DNA of 64,000 nt from the human T2T-CHM13v2.0 reference genome, Homo sapiens: the NCBI RefSeq assembly GCF_009914755.1, contig NC_060927.1; one strand, given 5' to 3'. Below, piece by piece: positions 13,119 to 29,020 of the stretch. Numbering within the stretch: the first letter of the stretch is position 1; every line of letters starts with the position of its first letter. A program made the translations under genes and the position numbers. The notes under the pieces were generated by a model, which did no database searches, had not been told where the DNA came from, and saw nothing but the letters and a program-made list of their open reading frames with translations.

Positions 13119-14306
13119 TTCTTTTTACTTTATAATTCCTTTGCCTTTGAGTTAATTTGCTTGAATAATTTAACTTTTTATCACTTACAAAAAACAAATC
13201 TTTAAAAAAAGACTAAGTTTGTGCCTGGTCCTGTGGTAAAACTAAGCACATGTAAAAGAAGCAAACAACTCATGTTAATATAAATACATGTATTAAAAAG
13301 ATGCGGATACCTTAATTTCTCTCTTGAGGTCTAGTTCACTCAGTTAACTATGCTTCAGAAACTTTAAAGCAATAGAGATTCATGGACTCCATTTTAGACC
13401 TACTAAATCAGAATCTTCATACCACTTTTGACTTCATGTTTTTTTTTTTAATCAAACCTCCATTGGGGATAATGTATAATCAGCCAAGATAGAAAATTAT
13501 TATACTATCATAGTAATAAGGATGGTTAACCAAGTTGTACACAGTATGGAATAGGGACTGTATCTGTTTTATTCATCATTCTCTCCCTCCTTCTAGTACC
13601 TGACACATAGTAGGTACTCAGTATATATTGTTAAATGAGTCCTGTTTTCTTAATTGCCTTGTTTTCCAGAGTAAGCCTTCTTTTTGAACACACAAAGCTA
13701 TTGTACCATTTCCTTTTCCTGGAACAAAGTGTTGCATTGCTCAAGGAAACTGCTCTGTGGCTAGCCTCCCCTTTCATTTACTGTTACCTTCAGGAAAACA
13801 GGCATGACAGAGGCCCATAGTACACTCTGAGAAATATGGGATCTCTGTCTTCTTGCACTCCCTTGGAGCTAATGGTGTGATGTGAGCCGAGAACAGTTGG
13901 GGCTTTAGTATTAGACATATAGTACTTGGCTTAGAATTGGGCTTTGTTACTTGCTATTTCCTTTTAGTTTTCCCTGAATTTCCATGTTCACTTTGTAAAA
14001 TGGGCATTTTAATTTCCATTATTAAATATTAAAAATACCCTTGCTTTAGTTCTTAACACTTTAATATAATGGTAACCCTTATGACTTGAATATTCTTGTC
14101 TCTCTCATCTTTAGGACTCCTGTTATTATAGGATCACCTCTCATCTGAGATAGCTGCCTCTCAAAGTAGGCATCTCTCTACTCTCCATCTGGCAGCCTTT
14201 TCCCTTCCCTTCATGCTCCATTCCCCTCACCCCAGCTCCCTACATTTCTTCTTTAAGCCAGAAGTGGCTTCCTTTGCTTAAACCCGTCTTATATTTTGAA
14301 AGCTAA

Positions 14307-14781
<475 letters not shown>

Positions 14782-16014
14782 ACTTCCAGGCTCTTTTAAG
14801 AAAGGTTGCCACTGGGTAGAAACGTACAGATACCTTGGGGTCCTCTCTGGTGGAATTGGTACCAGATCTCACACATCTCCTCGTCACCTCATCCTAGGGC
14901 ACTTCCAGCTCTGAGTGAGAAAGAACTCTGGTGCACAGCCTCTTGGGACTTCCTTTCTCATGGTCCCTGGTGTCTCCTCATACGTTTCTTAGGATTTTCT
15001 TTGCTCCCTCTGAACCTTAAGAGACTGCCCAGAAGGGCCACCTTATGGTTTAAGATGTGTGATTATTCATTTTCCTTTCCAGTGCATCCTCTCTTGTGAC
15101 TACAGTTAAATAGATCTCAACATTTTAATTCCTTCCTTGAGAACCTTTGTGGTGCTCCCCACTGTCTAGAGAATAAAGTCTAAACTGCATGATATGACAC
15201 ATACTCACCTCTTGTGGCCCTTCACATTTCCCCACCAGACATGCGGTGTTCTGCCCCATTTTGTGAATATGCCTCATTCCCCTTTTTTGGCCTGTCCTTC
15301 CAGTTCCTCTGCCTAGCAAACTCCAACTCAGGCCTTCAAGAGCCAGCTCAGTTATCACCTCCTCTGTGAAGCCTGCCTGTCTCTCCAACATATTATGATG
15401 GCAGATAAGTTAAGGGAAAATATTTCAAGAGTTTTTGCCTTCCTTTTCTCTTCCTCTCCCAGCATTTCATTTTAGAACAGTGCTTGGGCATCCAGTCCAC
15501 AGATGTTCAAGGACAGGAATGGAAAAATTTGTTCTTGTGTACGGAGTATTATGCAAGAGCTGGGCCTTGAGCCTGTTCTGTGGCCAAAACCCAGTTAAAA
15601 TAGTCACATTGCCTTTCACTGCAGAAGCTAAAGAAGTTTCTGTTGCTCTTCATTGAGTGAGAAGGAAGCTTCATTTCTTCCATTTTATTCTTGATAAAAA
15701 AACCAAAGCACACAATATTTTAAGGAAGTTATTGAGTGGGATACAGTGAGTCAGGATCCAGTTTTCTAACTGAAATCCTTCAATTTTCAGCCAGTTATAG
15801 CCCCTCAGAAAGCAGTTAGGTTATCTGCTAATATTGTTATAGAAATAATTAGGTGAATTTAGAGTAAAAAACAAAAGCTTTGATGAGGATCCACTGTTTA
15901 ATTTTAAAAGACCTAAGTAGTCTCAATAATATGTATGTGTGTGTGTTTGTGTGTATATGTGGGCAGATGGTGAAGGGAGAGGAAATCAAGAGTGTAAAGT
16001 CACAATTTCCAAAC

Positions 16015-16290
16015 TTTTTTTTTTTTTTGAGACAGAATCTGGCTCTGTCGCCCAGGCTGGAGTGCGGTGGCGCAATTTCGGCTCACTGAGACCTCCACCT
16101 CCCAGGTTATAAGCAATTCTCCTGGGAGTACAGGCGCCTGCCACCATGCCTGGCTAATTTTTGTATTTTTAGTGGAGATGGGGTTTCGCCATGATGGCCA
16201 GTCTGGTCTTGAACTCCTGACCTCAGGTGATCCACCCACTTCAGCCTTCCAAAGTGCTCGGATTACAGGTGTGAGCCACTGCGCCTGGCC
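16015..16290 (-). mobile_element. Alu (AluS-like, internal deletion)
   Basis: Antisense Alu consensus with a TCCAAAC-like TSD. Confidence 0.92.
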
Positions 16291-16646
16291 TCCAAACACT
16301 TTTTTATGTATAAAAATTTGCTGTGTGCAGTTGACATTGTTGACTTTCACTTTGTTCCTGGGGCTTACCCTAAGAGTGAGGATGTCTTTTTCATATATGA
16401 CTTTTACATTTTAAAAACAGAATGGAATTGTAAGATTTTAAATAATCGGCGTTCTGGACTGTGTGACATAGAACATGTCATTTCACTAAGCCGTGGTTTC
16501 CCTTTCAGTAAAATGAACAGGTGAGTTACAGTCAGTGATTTTCAAAATCTTATCAATGAGCACATTGCCTCTCTTTTCAGGCAATCTTGTGTGGATTACC
16601 AGTTTTAAATACAGTATCCCTTCACCCCTACCACATCACACGCATT

Positions 16647-16649
<3 letters not shown>

Positions 16650-16684
<35 letters not shown>
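16650..16684. repeat. (CA)n microsatellite
   Basis: Direct CA run. Confidence 0.95.
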
Positions 16685-16687
<3 letters not shown>

Positions 16688-16789
16688 TCTGAAAGCAGAC
16701 AGCACTAGAACTCCAGTGGTTTGAGTGGAGGACCTGGGTCCTTGTCACCCTCCACAAGGCTTTCCCAGGGATCCAGCCCTCACCTGGGT

Positions 16790-16969
16790 CCTGGCTACTC
16801 ATGGGCTCAGACCAGCAGTATCAGTACCATCTAGAAGCTTGTGAGACATGTACCCTTATGACCTGCCCCAGACCTACTGAATACAGGCTGTGTAGGTGGG
16901 GCCCACCAATCTATGTTTCATCAGGCACTCCAGGTAATAATAAGCCACAGTAGCATTTGAGAACTGCTG
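16790..16969. mobile_element. MER5A-like hAT MITE
   Basis: Motifs gaccagcag...ccccagacctactgaat...gtggggccca...tttgagaactgctg. Confidence 0.7.
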
Positions 16970-19900
16970 GCTCTTTGAGTGCCAAGCAATTTTTAACCAA
17001 GATTTTAAATGGCAGGGGTGGGAAAGCGGCGGGTGGGAGGCATTCAGTTGGAACACTTGGTTTAAGTTGAAGTATGTTCCTTGTACTATCTGTATCATGA
17101 TAAATATATACTAGTGATGGAAGAGTTCCTTTTGTGTGACTAACATATAGGTAGCAGCTTATGTGAACTCTTCTAGAAGTCATACTGCCATATGGGAAAA
17201 ATTGGGACAAAGTGGCAAGAATTCCAAATACGGAAGAAAATGAACGTACAGCATACTCTTGGCATTTGACCTTTGGAATTGTTAACAATCCAAAGACTCA
17301 GTTGCATTTTAGATCACATTCCACGACATAGACTCACAGGTTCTGGTTATGATACCGAAAGCCAGTGATGAGGGCATTATTCTTGTGCATTTGTCTTTCA
17401 GAGTTCGCAGATTGCTTTCTGACTCCAGCAGTGTTCCTTATTACCGGTTCTTTGTATTCTAATTCTTTCTCAGGTGGTCCTCCCTGGCATTTTTTCTCTT
17501 ACTATTCTTATATTTTGTGATCATTGCTCAGAAACCAGAATCAGACTACAGCTTTACTTCCCCCAAAGCAGCAAGAAAGTGTATTCACAATAACAGTAAT
17601 TATTCATAATGAGAAGTCACAGCGCACCAAGGTTTGGGATGGCGTTTTTTCCCTCTGGGGGTCTGAGACTGTGGATATTTTTGGGTCCTTGGAGTCTATC
17701 CTTTTGCTGAATGGCTTGGGCTCTGGGAGGGCATAGCAGCATCCACCTGCGCAGGGCTGACAGTGGTTTCCTTTGTCTGGAATGACGTGCTTAATGTTAA
17801 TAAGGTCTGGAATGTTGGGAGTCAAGACAGATTTTCTTTTGGAATCTCTTTGGTCTTGGCTCCCTGTAACAGATAATGCTTGTGCTTTTCTGTTTTCTGA
17901 TTAAAGTAGGATATTTAGTAGGGCTTTTGCACTTCACAAGTGGCAGATTTCCTCTTTCTCTTGTAAGCTTTTTCTGTCTTGTGAGCACATATCCTAGGCA
18001 TGCTCAGACGAGGTGTTTTGGAAGGCTGGAGTTGGCAGGGTTCTTCTTTTCCCCCAGAGTATCTGCTTCCCTTACTGCATTTGAACACTGTACTGTTTCT
18101 AGATACATTTTTAATATTGCTTTATCTCTCAAGTCTATAGGTGATGATGAATCCTGTGTTTTTTCACCTGTCTATAGCTGCATATAAATTCTGAGTATTG
18201 CAAAAATATCAAGAAAACATGAGAAAAGTTAAAAGTGAGCTCAGGTCAGTGGAATTCATCCATCTGGCTGCCAATTACAGTCTGAAAAGTAAAAATAGTC
18301 CAAACAAGCCCAAATAACTTTTATTTTTTCAAAGGACAGTGGGGACCCCTGGATTAGAATGCAAGAGACATGAGGCATTCTTCTTGGCAGGAAACTGGAC
18401 AATTAACATCGCCACTTCCATTTCAAGCGTAGGCTGCCAGATCTCTCTGCTTAGTTATAGAGGCCTCTGAGTGACTCTAGTTAGGGGCCGAGCGCACTTG
18501 AACGCCTTGCAACTGTCTATGTGTGGGATGGAGATAGTTCTGGGGACAGAAGCCTGTTTCATAAGGAGCATGCTGCTCATTAACATGCGCTTTCTGACTT
18601 GGGCCTTATCCTGCAGGCCCAAGGCTGGAGAAATCAAACTGTGAATAACTACTTTTCTGTAAGACCCCTTTATGATGATTTTTTTCCCTCTTACTGGGAT
18701 GTTGATTTTACTAGTGCAAAGGCAAATTTACAGCTCAACAAAGAGGAAACCATGGTGGCCCAAATTGTTAATTAGTAGAGTATATAATTGTCTTTATTAA
18801 GTTACATCACTTATCCTATCTTTTGCCTTTTGCCCTTTCCCCCTCGTATTTTTGTTGCAATCTGGAATGTTTTAAAGATGTTTACTACATGATTCTTTCA
18901 ACAGGCAAAATGAGATATTTTTGTCATGTCAAGTTAAGAAGTCTTAACCCATTAAATCATACTTGAAGCTTCACATTTTTCACTTGCATATAAAGACAAA
19001 AAGCATGCAAAAATAATTCGTTGAGTTTTCTTTTGAAATGAATGTTCACCAGAAGTTTGAGGTCAGAATTTTGATTAGTTTTTACCATATGTAGTACTGA
19101 ACTCTGTAAACCCATGTTATTTTCTCTGCCTTTTTGCTTTCTTGGGAACTGATCATGACAGCATTTAGATGACATCAGAACCCATGTTGGTAAAATAAAT
19201 GTCATCCCAAAGAACCCTTTAAACAGCAGGTATAAGTGATGATATGGTTTGTTTCTGGTATATTTGTAACCTTCAATTTTATTGATTTGAAACTTCTATA
19301 TGTTATTTCTTTCATTTAGCTAAGTTGAATTCTGAATTTAACTGGGTTAGAGATCGTCATCACAAAAGTGCCATACTCAGAAGCATATTTAAAATATGTA
19401 CTAGTTGGGACCTTGCAGATCTTGGTTTAGTCTCAATTCAGCCACTTGGGAACTATGTGCCCTTGGGCATGATAGTTCATCTTTCAAGGCTTCATTTCTT
19501 TCTTGTATGTAGAAAATAGGGGTAATTAATGGCATCTCTTTCAGAGGACTATCATCAGCTCTTAGTACAATTTCAGACACTAAGTGCTTTAAAAATGTAG
19601 TGGTATTGGTGAAGAAAGACCATGAGATTTTTTCCTTGTGAGAACTGCTTTCTGTGGGCCATTTTATTATAACCTCAGCTTGTGAGCATGCCCATCAGAA
19701 TGCTGTTGGGCAAGGCGTCCTGCAGGCTGGGTCAGTGTTAAGTAATAGTGAATGCCAAGGACTTGAGATAGGGGAGAGTTCAGAGGGGCATCCACTCCCC
19801 AAAAAAGGTTCTCGGACTATTGCCAACCCACAAACAACCTGCTGAATTCTGGGCAAGAATAAAATGCAGTCCTCTCTCCGTGCTTTTTCCCTGTCACCTC

Positions 19901-20754
19901 TCTGGTTGAATTCTCTGTGTGAGCCCACAGAATGGGGTCTGACAGGCCTGCTTGATTCTGTTTGAACCCACTCAGCAAATTAACCACTCTAAGTTACTTT
20001 GCTAAAAGGGGGAGATTTCAGGGGACATTAGCTGGAGGCGATGGGCAAACAACAACTTCTCTATATTTATTTTTCTCCCACCCACATTCCTTGCATTAGG
20101 GCAATTAGTTAAGCTAGATGGATAAACTAACTGGGTAACCCACTAAATTTCCAAGTCTTTCACAACCTTTCCTTACACCTGGCAACTTGTACACCATGTC
20201 TTCCGCATTCTGTGGGCTGCATAGACCTGCCCTGCTACATTGCGGAAGGGGTCAGCACTAGGTTTAAGTAGATCATGGGGGTGGCGAGGCATCATGGAGG
20301 CTGACTACCAGGTATGTCGAGGTGGAAACCATTTCTGTTAATACCTTATCTGAAAGAGTCTCAGCATTTGTGATGGAATTTTGGCAAATTTCCTGCTGCT
20401 ATGTCAACATCGATTTTGTCATTGCTTCTCCTTCTGTGGAATGGAGCTCTAGGATCTTTACATAAACTGCAGTGTCAAGAGGCAGGGTGTTGAACTTCTG
20501 GTTTTGTATGATCAGTATTGTAATGTGATAATTATAGTCTATACTACAAATATGTTCATTATTCTTCATGCTTTCTGCCATGGTCAGCTGTGGCTTTTAT
20601 TTTAAATTTAATTTGCTCAACCAGACACACAGTGTAGCAGACGCTATTACCGTATTTCAGTTTTTGGTGCTGTAGTGAGACTTTGAAATTCTAGGAATTG
20701 AGTAGATAACACAAGTGTGATGTGGGAAAGGTCCCTGGGAAACAACAGTGATTC

Positions 20755-20813
20755 TATTAGGCTGGTGCACAAATAATTGTGGGTTTTGCCATTACTGTTG
20801 TACCCACATAATA
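20755..20813. mobile_element. Internally deleted MADE1 (Hsmar1 MITE)
   Basis: tattaggctggtgcacaaataattgtgggttttgccattact resembles the MADE1 TIR, followed by a short opposite terminus ttgtacccacataata. Confidence 0.75.
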
Positions 20814-21710
20814 GCTCAGTGCATGCAATTTACAAAGTAATAAGTGAAATGCTCCCCATAGTTGACTATAACATTTCCTCATTTTTCTCTGAATTTGCTT
20901 TTTAAAAAACTCTTCCCCTTGCCATTCCCTTCCCCATTCCAGATTGTAACTGCTTCTTTCCAGCTGCATCAGAAGAAGGGGACTTTCCATGTAGGTGTTA
21001 TTCTCAGAAAAGGCCAGAAAAGACCAGGTCATGGTGGGGATGATTTGCTCCAAGCATAAAAGAGAATTGTGATGGTTCAGGAAGACTGGAAAATAACGAG
21101 ACTGGAAAGAAATGAGAAGGGCTTCAGAGGAATGGCACATTGAAATAAAAGGAAGTGGTAAGAACAGGAAAACAAGTGGAATGAAAGGAGCACACAGTGG
21201 GCAGGGATGATTGGATAGACTGTGGAATAAAGATAATTTGGGAAAAAAATGGGCAGAAAATAAGAGAGGTTTCATGGTTCCATTATTGTATATTCTATTC
21301 CTCCTACTAGGTTAACATTTCCCAGAGGGGTTGGGTGGAGACGGGGAAAGCCTTTTTGCCCTGTTGTGGTCCATGTGCCCTTCTGCTGGCAGATCCACTT
21401 GGAACAAATCTCCATGTGAATACATCTCCTACTCTTTTCCTATTTGGAGTTTCCTGATGCTTTTGTCTACCTCTTGTGCTGGATTAGAGCATCCACTGCC
21501 AGCATGCATTAATGTGATAAACAAAATAAAAGTGAAGTCTTAAGTAGAACTTTGCAAGGAGTAGCAGTACACTATACGGAGGTATTAGGTTTTTTTGAAT
21601 ATGACTTGAAGTTGTTAAAATGATATTTTAGAGTTTTGATGTGCTTAAAAACTGGAAATTGAGAATTTTTTTTTTTATTTTTTGTTTTAAGTTAAAAATT
21701 AAGCACAAGA

Positions 21711-21995
21711 TGCCAGGCATGGGAGGATCACTTTGTGAGGCCAAGGCGAGAGGATTGCTTGAGCCCAGGAGTTCAAGACCAGCCTGGACAGCATAGCAAG
21801 ACCCCATCTCTGACAAAAAAAATTAGCTGGATGTGGTGGGCATGCCTGTAATCCCAGCTACTTGGGAAGCTGAGATGGGAGCATTGTTTGAAGCCAGGAG
21901 GTCAAAACTGCAGTGAGTGTTGATCATGCCACTGCCCTTTCGCCTAGATGACAGAGTGAGACCGACTCAAAAAAAAAAAAAAAAAAAAAAAAAAA
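21711..21995 (+). mobile_element. Alu (AluJ-like)
   Basis: Sense Alu dimer with a long poly-A tail and AAGCAC-AGA TSD. Confidence 0.92.
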
Positions 21996-23010
21996 GCACT
22001 AGAAAGTTGGGAGAGAGGGCAGCACTTTTCCTTTATTGCTGGGTTAGTATGCCTTTGTCAAAAGCAGCTTGTTTTAAATGAAGATGTCATGCTTATTTCA
22101 AGTCCTCTTAAAACCAAATTCACTCTCATATCCCCTTGGTATGTAATAAAAAGCAATATATATAAATATATATATATATATATGGCATTTCTGTGAAATA
22201 ATCAACTCTTGCTTTCTAGACTTATTAGAATTACCTCATGAAAGCAACATGAGGAAGTGAGTGGGAAGAACTAGGTCTACAACAGTTAAAAATTTTTTTT
22301 CATAAATGCATTTATTACTGCTTCTCTTAATTCACATGGTGAACTTCCATTGACCTTTTTTCCTTTTTATTTGAAAAGACACAAATTATTGTATGGAACA
22401 GTACGATCTTTCAAACCAGGAGGGATGGAGAAACTGCCATATTTTAGGTTCACTGAGTTCCTCAAAACTATTTAAGTGTCTTGCCAAGCACATTTTTAAA
22501 AAATTCATATTTAGTCTTTCAGGAAGATTTATCTTTTGTTGGAATGTTGCTCCAAGGAACTCTGTAATATACCAGCATCTCTTGAAAGCTTTGTTAAAAA
22601 TGATGTGTTACTTAAGTGAAAAATGGTTATGGGTGCCTTAATTATTCAGCTATCAAGTGTTTTTTTTTTTTTTTTTTTTTTTTTTTGACACACTGACAGC
22701 ATTCGTATTATTTACTACTTACACTATCATCCATGGGAAGATGGCTCCAATGTACTTGTAGACAGTTTTCAATTTGAAAACTATATCTTCATTTCATTGA
22801 AGAATTTCATGTCTGGGAAGTACTATTCCCTATAGAGTTTAATCTCTGGGTATAGTGGTCTCAACATCATCTACAACATTACGCATGAGGACTGTTTAGA
22901 GTAAGTTAGGTAAGTTGCTATTGCATTAGCATTCCTCTGAAGAAAGATGATCTTTTAGGTAGTAAACATACATGCATCATAGAATCAGTAGGATTTCCTG
23001 ATCTGCCTGA

Positions 23011-23372
<362 letters not shown>

Positions 23373-25415
23373 TGCATCATTTCTTTTAAATAATGTCAAG
23401 GACAGCAGGTTCTATGGCCCTGCTACCCATAGTTGGAATGAGAGATACAGTAATCATCTAAATCTTAGCCTTTATAGTTAAGATTTCAGAACTTGGTTTT
23501 CTGAACTGAATAATCTGTGGGATGTTTGTACCCAGAAATTAGGATTCTCATTCATCTCTTTTTCTTCTATTTTATATGTTTGTTTCTTGCATTTTTAGAT
23601 TCTATGAATTCTCTACCCCTCTCTCCTGTTCTGTATATCTGGCTTCCAAGACTTGCCATATTTATCATCAGTAATACTATAAATGGACTTTTAAAATTCA
23701 ACACTTTCATTCATTCATGTACTGCTGAGGTATTTTTTATTTTATTTTGCATTTTGAACTGGGTAAGGAAATAGAAAATGATAACGATACATGAGAAGGA
23801 TGTTTTTAATACTAGATTGTTGTCATAGCTGTCAACCTATTTACTTTTGAAGAAGAAAGTTTCAATAATTGCTCTTATTTTAAGACTATGTTACAAGCTC
23901 ATTGAGTGCATCCAAGGAAAAGGAAGCATTTCAGATAAGCTAACTGCCCTTCTTTAATAAGGGTGCATGGTCCAGTTGCTAGATTGTCCTTGTCATCTTA
24001 TTTCCATTTCCTTCCTTTTGTCCATTTTTATCTTTAATGATCTCAGTAGGAGGTAAACAACCTCGATAAGAGGATAAGGGAGAATATATCCAAGTGCGGC
24101 TTGTCAATAGCTCTGATAAACATTTGGTGTGTGTGGAAAACCTGAAACTTAAAATGATTCTCAGAAATTATCTCTAGGGTTCATTTGTAATATTGGGTAG
24201 ATTACTATTTCTGTAGGTGGGAAACTACTATTTCTATAGATCAAAAATAGTTGAAATTTTACATGCTTCAACTTAATATTCCACACATCAATATGAAAGA
24301 TAATTAATAGGTATCTATACAAAGTATATCTCTACTCTGTGTCTCAGCTGTTGGTATGCTAGAATTTGTTTTGTTTTTACTTTCAGTGTCAAAATACAGT
24401 AAAATGTTTAGGGAGAGAAAACAGTGAACATCAAAGAACTCAGGTAATGTGTCCACTGCTAGGATGTTTTTTGCAAATAGATATTAAAAATGATATTTTC
24501 AGGGGAGCAGTAGATCAATAATCTGTTTAAGGCAGGAGATACTGGATTTTATAAAGATATGAAGGAATAAAATGAGTGCCCAAGATGTTTACTTGAAATG
24601 GTGGCTAGAGTCCTATTGATTAATGCTGGTGACTGAGACTTCAACATTGAAAATAAACCATCCCCAGACAATTGGTAATTATAGGTGACAATTATGTTAT
24701 TATACTTTATTTAGGTAGTAGTTTTGTTCCTGGAAAATTACTTTTATTCAAGAGAAAAATTTGAAGCATTTGAGAACTGAATGTTTTGTGGGAACTCTTG
24801 TGTATAATTTTTCAGTTTTATTCAATTTCATAAGTCTTCAGGGAATGTTTTCAGGCCTAGATTTACGGACACTGTACATAGTACCTACTACCAAAAGAAC
24901 ATTCTACCACCAGGCTTATTAGAAAGCATATTGTCTGTTTTCCTGCTGCCTTGTTGTGAGCAGATGTTCCCTCAGCATTTCTGAATTATTTTAATGCACA
25001 AGATGGGAAGAACAATAAGTTAAAAGAAAAAGATAGGGATGAATTTTTTGACTAGGTAACTGCATTTGAGTGGGGATAAATGTCAGTATTCTCAATCTTT
25101 TTTATCCCTCTGCTCAATTTGAGGTAATACCATGTGGTGACCTAGTCTGTCATCAGACCCTAAAAATTCAGTAACAAGCCTCAGTTCTGTATTAATAGGA
25201 GAATGGATTAAAAATAAATTTGTAATAAACTCTAGCACAGTCTTGCCACTTGAGCTCAGTTCCTTTGATTTGGCCCAATTTTCTTCACTGTTTTTCTTTT
25301 CATATTGTAATGACTACTGTCCACAGAGAAGGTTAACACAATGGAGGCATACTTCTGATGGGCTCTGTGTTTGTTTCCTGTGACTAACAAATCAGTACAC
25401 ACAAAGCTGGTGCTT

Positions 25416-25547
25416 CTTTTTTTTCCCCCATAGAGATGGGGTCTTGCCGTATTGCCTAGACTGGCCTCTAACTCCTGGGTTCACAGCATTCTGCCACCTC
25501 AGTTTCCTGAGTAGTTGGGACTATAGGCATACACCGCCGTGCCTGGC
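25416..25547 (-). mobile_element. FLAM-like Alu monomer
   Basis: tagagatggggtcttgc...gagtagttgggactataggc...gcctggc. Confidence 0.8.
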
Positions 25548-25552
25548 AAAGC

Positions 25553-25960
25553 CAGTGATTTAAAACAACAGAAATTTATTCTATCACAGTTCTGGAGAGA
25601 ATGTAGAGCTCAGAAGCCCAACATCATTGTTGCCCAGGTGAAATCAAGGTATTGGTAGGCCCGAGCTCCCTCCGGAGGCTCTAGGAAAATATCTGTTCCT
25701 CGCCTCTTCCAGCCTCAGGTGGATGCTGGCACTCTTTTGCTTGTAGCCACATCACTCCAGCTTCAAGACCAGCATCTTCAAATCTCTCTGCTCTTTTCTT
25801 CCCCTCTGTTTGTGTTAAGTCTTCCTCTGTCTCTGCCTTATAAGAATACATGTGATCTCATTTAGGTCCCATCTGGATAACTCAGGATAATCTGCCATCT
25901 CAGAATCCTTAACCTAATCATATCTCCAAAGACTATTCCTTGCAGGGTAACATTCACAAC
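25553..25960 (-). mobile_element. MLT1-family MaLR LTR fragment
   Basis: aaaacaacagaaatttattct...cagttctggag...cttataag...ggataatc...ccttaacctaatcatatct. Confidence 0.7.
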
Positions 25961-26216
25961 CACCACAGTCTCCTTCCAGCATCTGTGTTCTAGAAACCTG
26001 GCTGAGCCAGCCCATTTGGCTGCATCCTAGGTCTGATTGATACACCCTCACCTTCCACAACATCTACTACCTACTATCCGCTATATGCTTTTTAGTGAGC
26101 TGCAGTTAATTTCATCCAAAGGTACAATAGCAGCAGCAAGTATCTGTCTCTACTAACACAGGCCAAGAATCATTTAGCAGAGCTACCTCCTCTCTTTAGA
26201 GAAGCAGTTTACGTAG

Positions 26217-26549
<333 letters not shown>

Positions 26550-28315
26550 TAGTTTAAGCAGTTCATAAAGCTGAATGCTATAACAACTTTGCTGGAAATA
26601 GAAGTGAGTTGTGCTGTGGACGTGCATGTGTATTCACATGTAAAATGGCGGCTGTGTATTTTCAGGGCATATTTAATAGTTAAATATCAGAATCTGTATA
26701 ATTCCTTTTAAATGATGACCGGAGCTCATGGCATTTCCCAAGAAGAAGTGAAATGAACCTATCTGATTTGGAACATATATTTTCTTTAAAAAGTAAGTAA
26801 GATTGTTTTCAGGGAGCATGAGATAAGATTTACAAAGTTTAAAAGTAATCTTTAATGAATCTTATGTCCCGTAAATGTTAAATAGCCCTCAGGGAAATTA
26901 CATAAAGCTGGTACTCATTGGATATTACACTAAATAGCTAATGTTATAATAGATTGATTAGAGGTGTCTTTTCTCTGATGGCTGTCATGTAGGCAGAGTC
27001 TAATAATTAATTTAATTTTGAAGAAGATTTCTGTGGACCCTGAGGTGTCATATGCCAAGTGGGTGACAAATTCTAAAGCCCTGTTATCTGCCTTGTGTTT
27101 TTAATAATTATTGCCCATTGTAATAAACTTGTATCTTAGATTTCTTTTTTCACCCTTCAGTGGGTGTTTTGCCTAAATTGAAAAGACATAGAAGATTTTA
27201 ACTACATATGAAGTACTATTTTAAGTCATTTGAGATTTTTCTCTCCTCCAGAATTTTTTAATCCTGTCATACTTGGCGGAAAATAATGTATACATCAAAG
27301 TCAAGCATACTTAATTATATAGTTTAAACATCAGTGCATCATTAGTTAAATGAACAAATTAGTTAAAACTCTGTATTTGCTGTGGGTTTCAAAAATTACC
27401 TGGACAGTAATTAGAGTTACAAAGAGTTCTAAAACAAAAGTTGATGAGAATAATGAAGTTGAACTACAAAGCCCTGATTGTATAAATAGGGCAAGAAGAA
27501 ATAATACCAAGAAGTGGGGGAAAAAGTGTTTTGGCCAGACCTGAGAACTCAGCTGGATCATGTGGTATCAGCCAAGATAATATGTGACAGAGAACGGCAG
27601 ATACAAATACCATGACACTCTGTACATGGGAATAGAGAAATCAGGGATAAAAAATACAAGTCATGTAGATCACAGCTCTCCGTGTAGCCAGGCTCAAGTT
27701 AAGGTAGTTCAGTTGTATAATCAACTTTCGTGGTATTGCTAGGACCTTAATAGAGGAGAGGCAAAGCTGAGGGGAGATCACATTATGTTACCTCTCTGGA
27801 ATAGTTTCTCCAATCTTTCCATGCATTTAAAAAATTGGATCTGTCTAATTCAAGCCATTTAGTTCTACCCATGCTCATGATCCTTTGGTTTTAGCTACTT
27901 ATGTGATTTTTCCATACAAATATCAGTCACTTGCAGCATATACCATGCCCTGCCAGTTCCTTTTGGAATCAATTTAAATGAGAAAAATAAAGGACTTTGG
28001 GAAAAACTATTTAAGTGTGTCTGTTAAATTGTTTTACTATTTGAGAATAGTTCTGGAGTCTGAAATACATTTTCCATTTAATAGTATTTGGCTTTTTTTT
28101 GTTTGTTTGAGCCATAGCATTCGTGGAAATATGTTGAAATCTTAAGTGGAGAGAATATGACTTACTGCTTTTGGTATTACTTGCTGTCTAGAACGTTACA
28201 GTCTCCACTATAGTATGTTCCTGGTCAGCAGCATTAGAAACAAGGACAACTTCAGACTACAAAGAAATGTGCATATTGTGATTCACAACTTTCTTCCTAT
28301 TTTAAAATCTCCATA

Positions 28316-29020
<705 letters not shown>

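Noticed and set aside
20755-20813. MADE1 remnant as a miR-548-like hairpin
   Set aside because: Most of the second arm is deleted, so it cannot form the long stem.
20757-21275. 172-aa minus-strand ORF
   Set aside because: Low-complexity Leu/Phe/Ser product of a purine-rich stretch with no recognisable domain or splice support.
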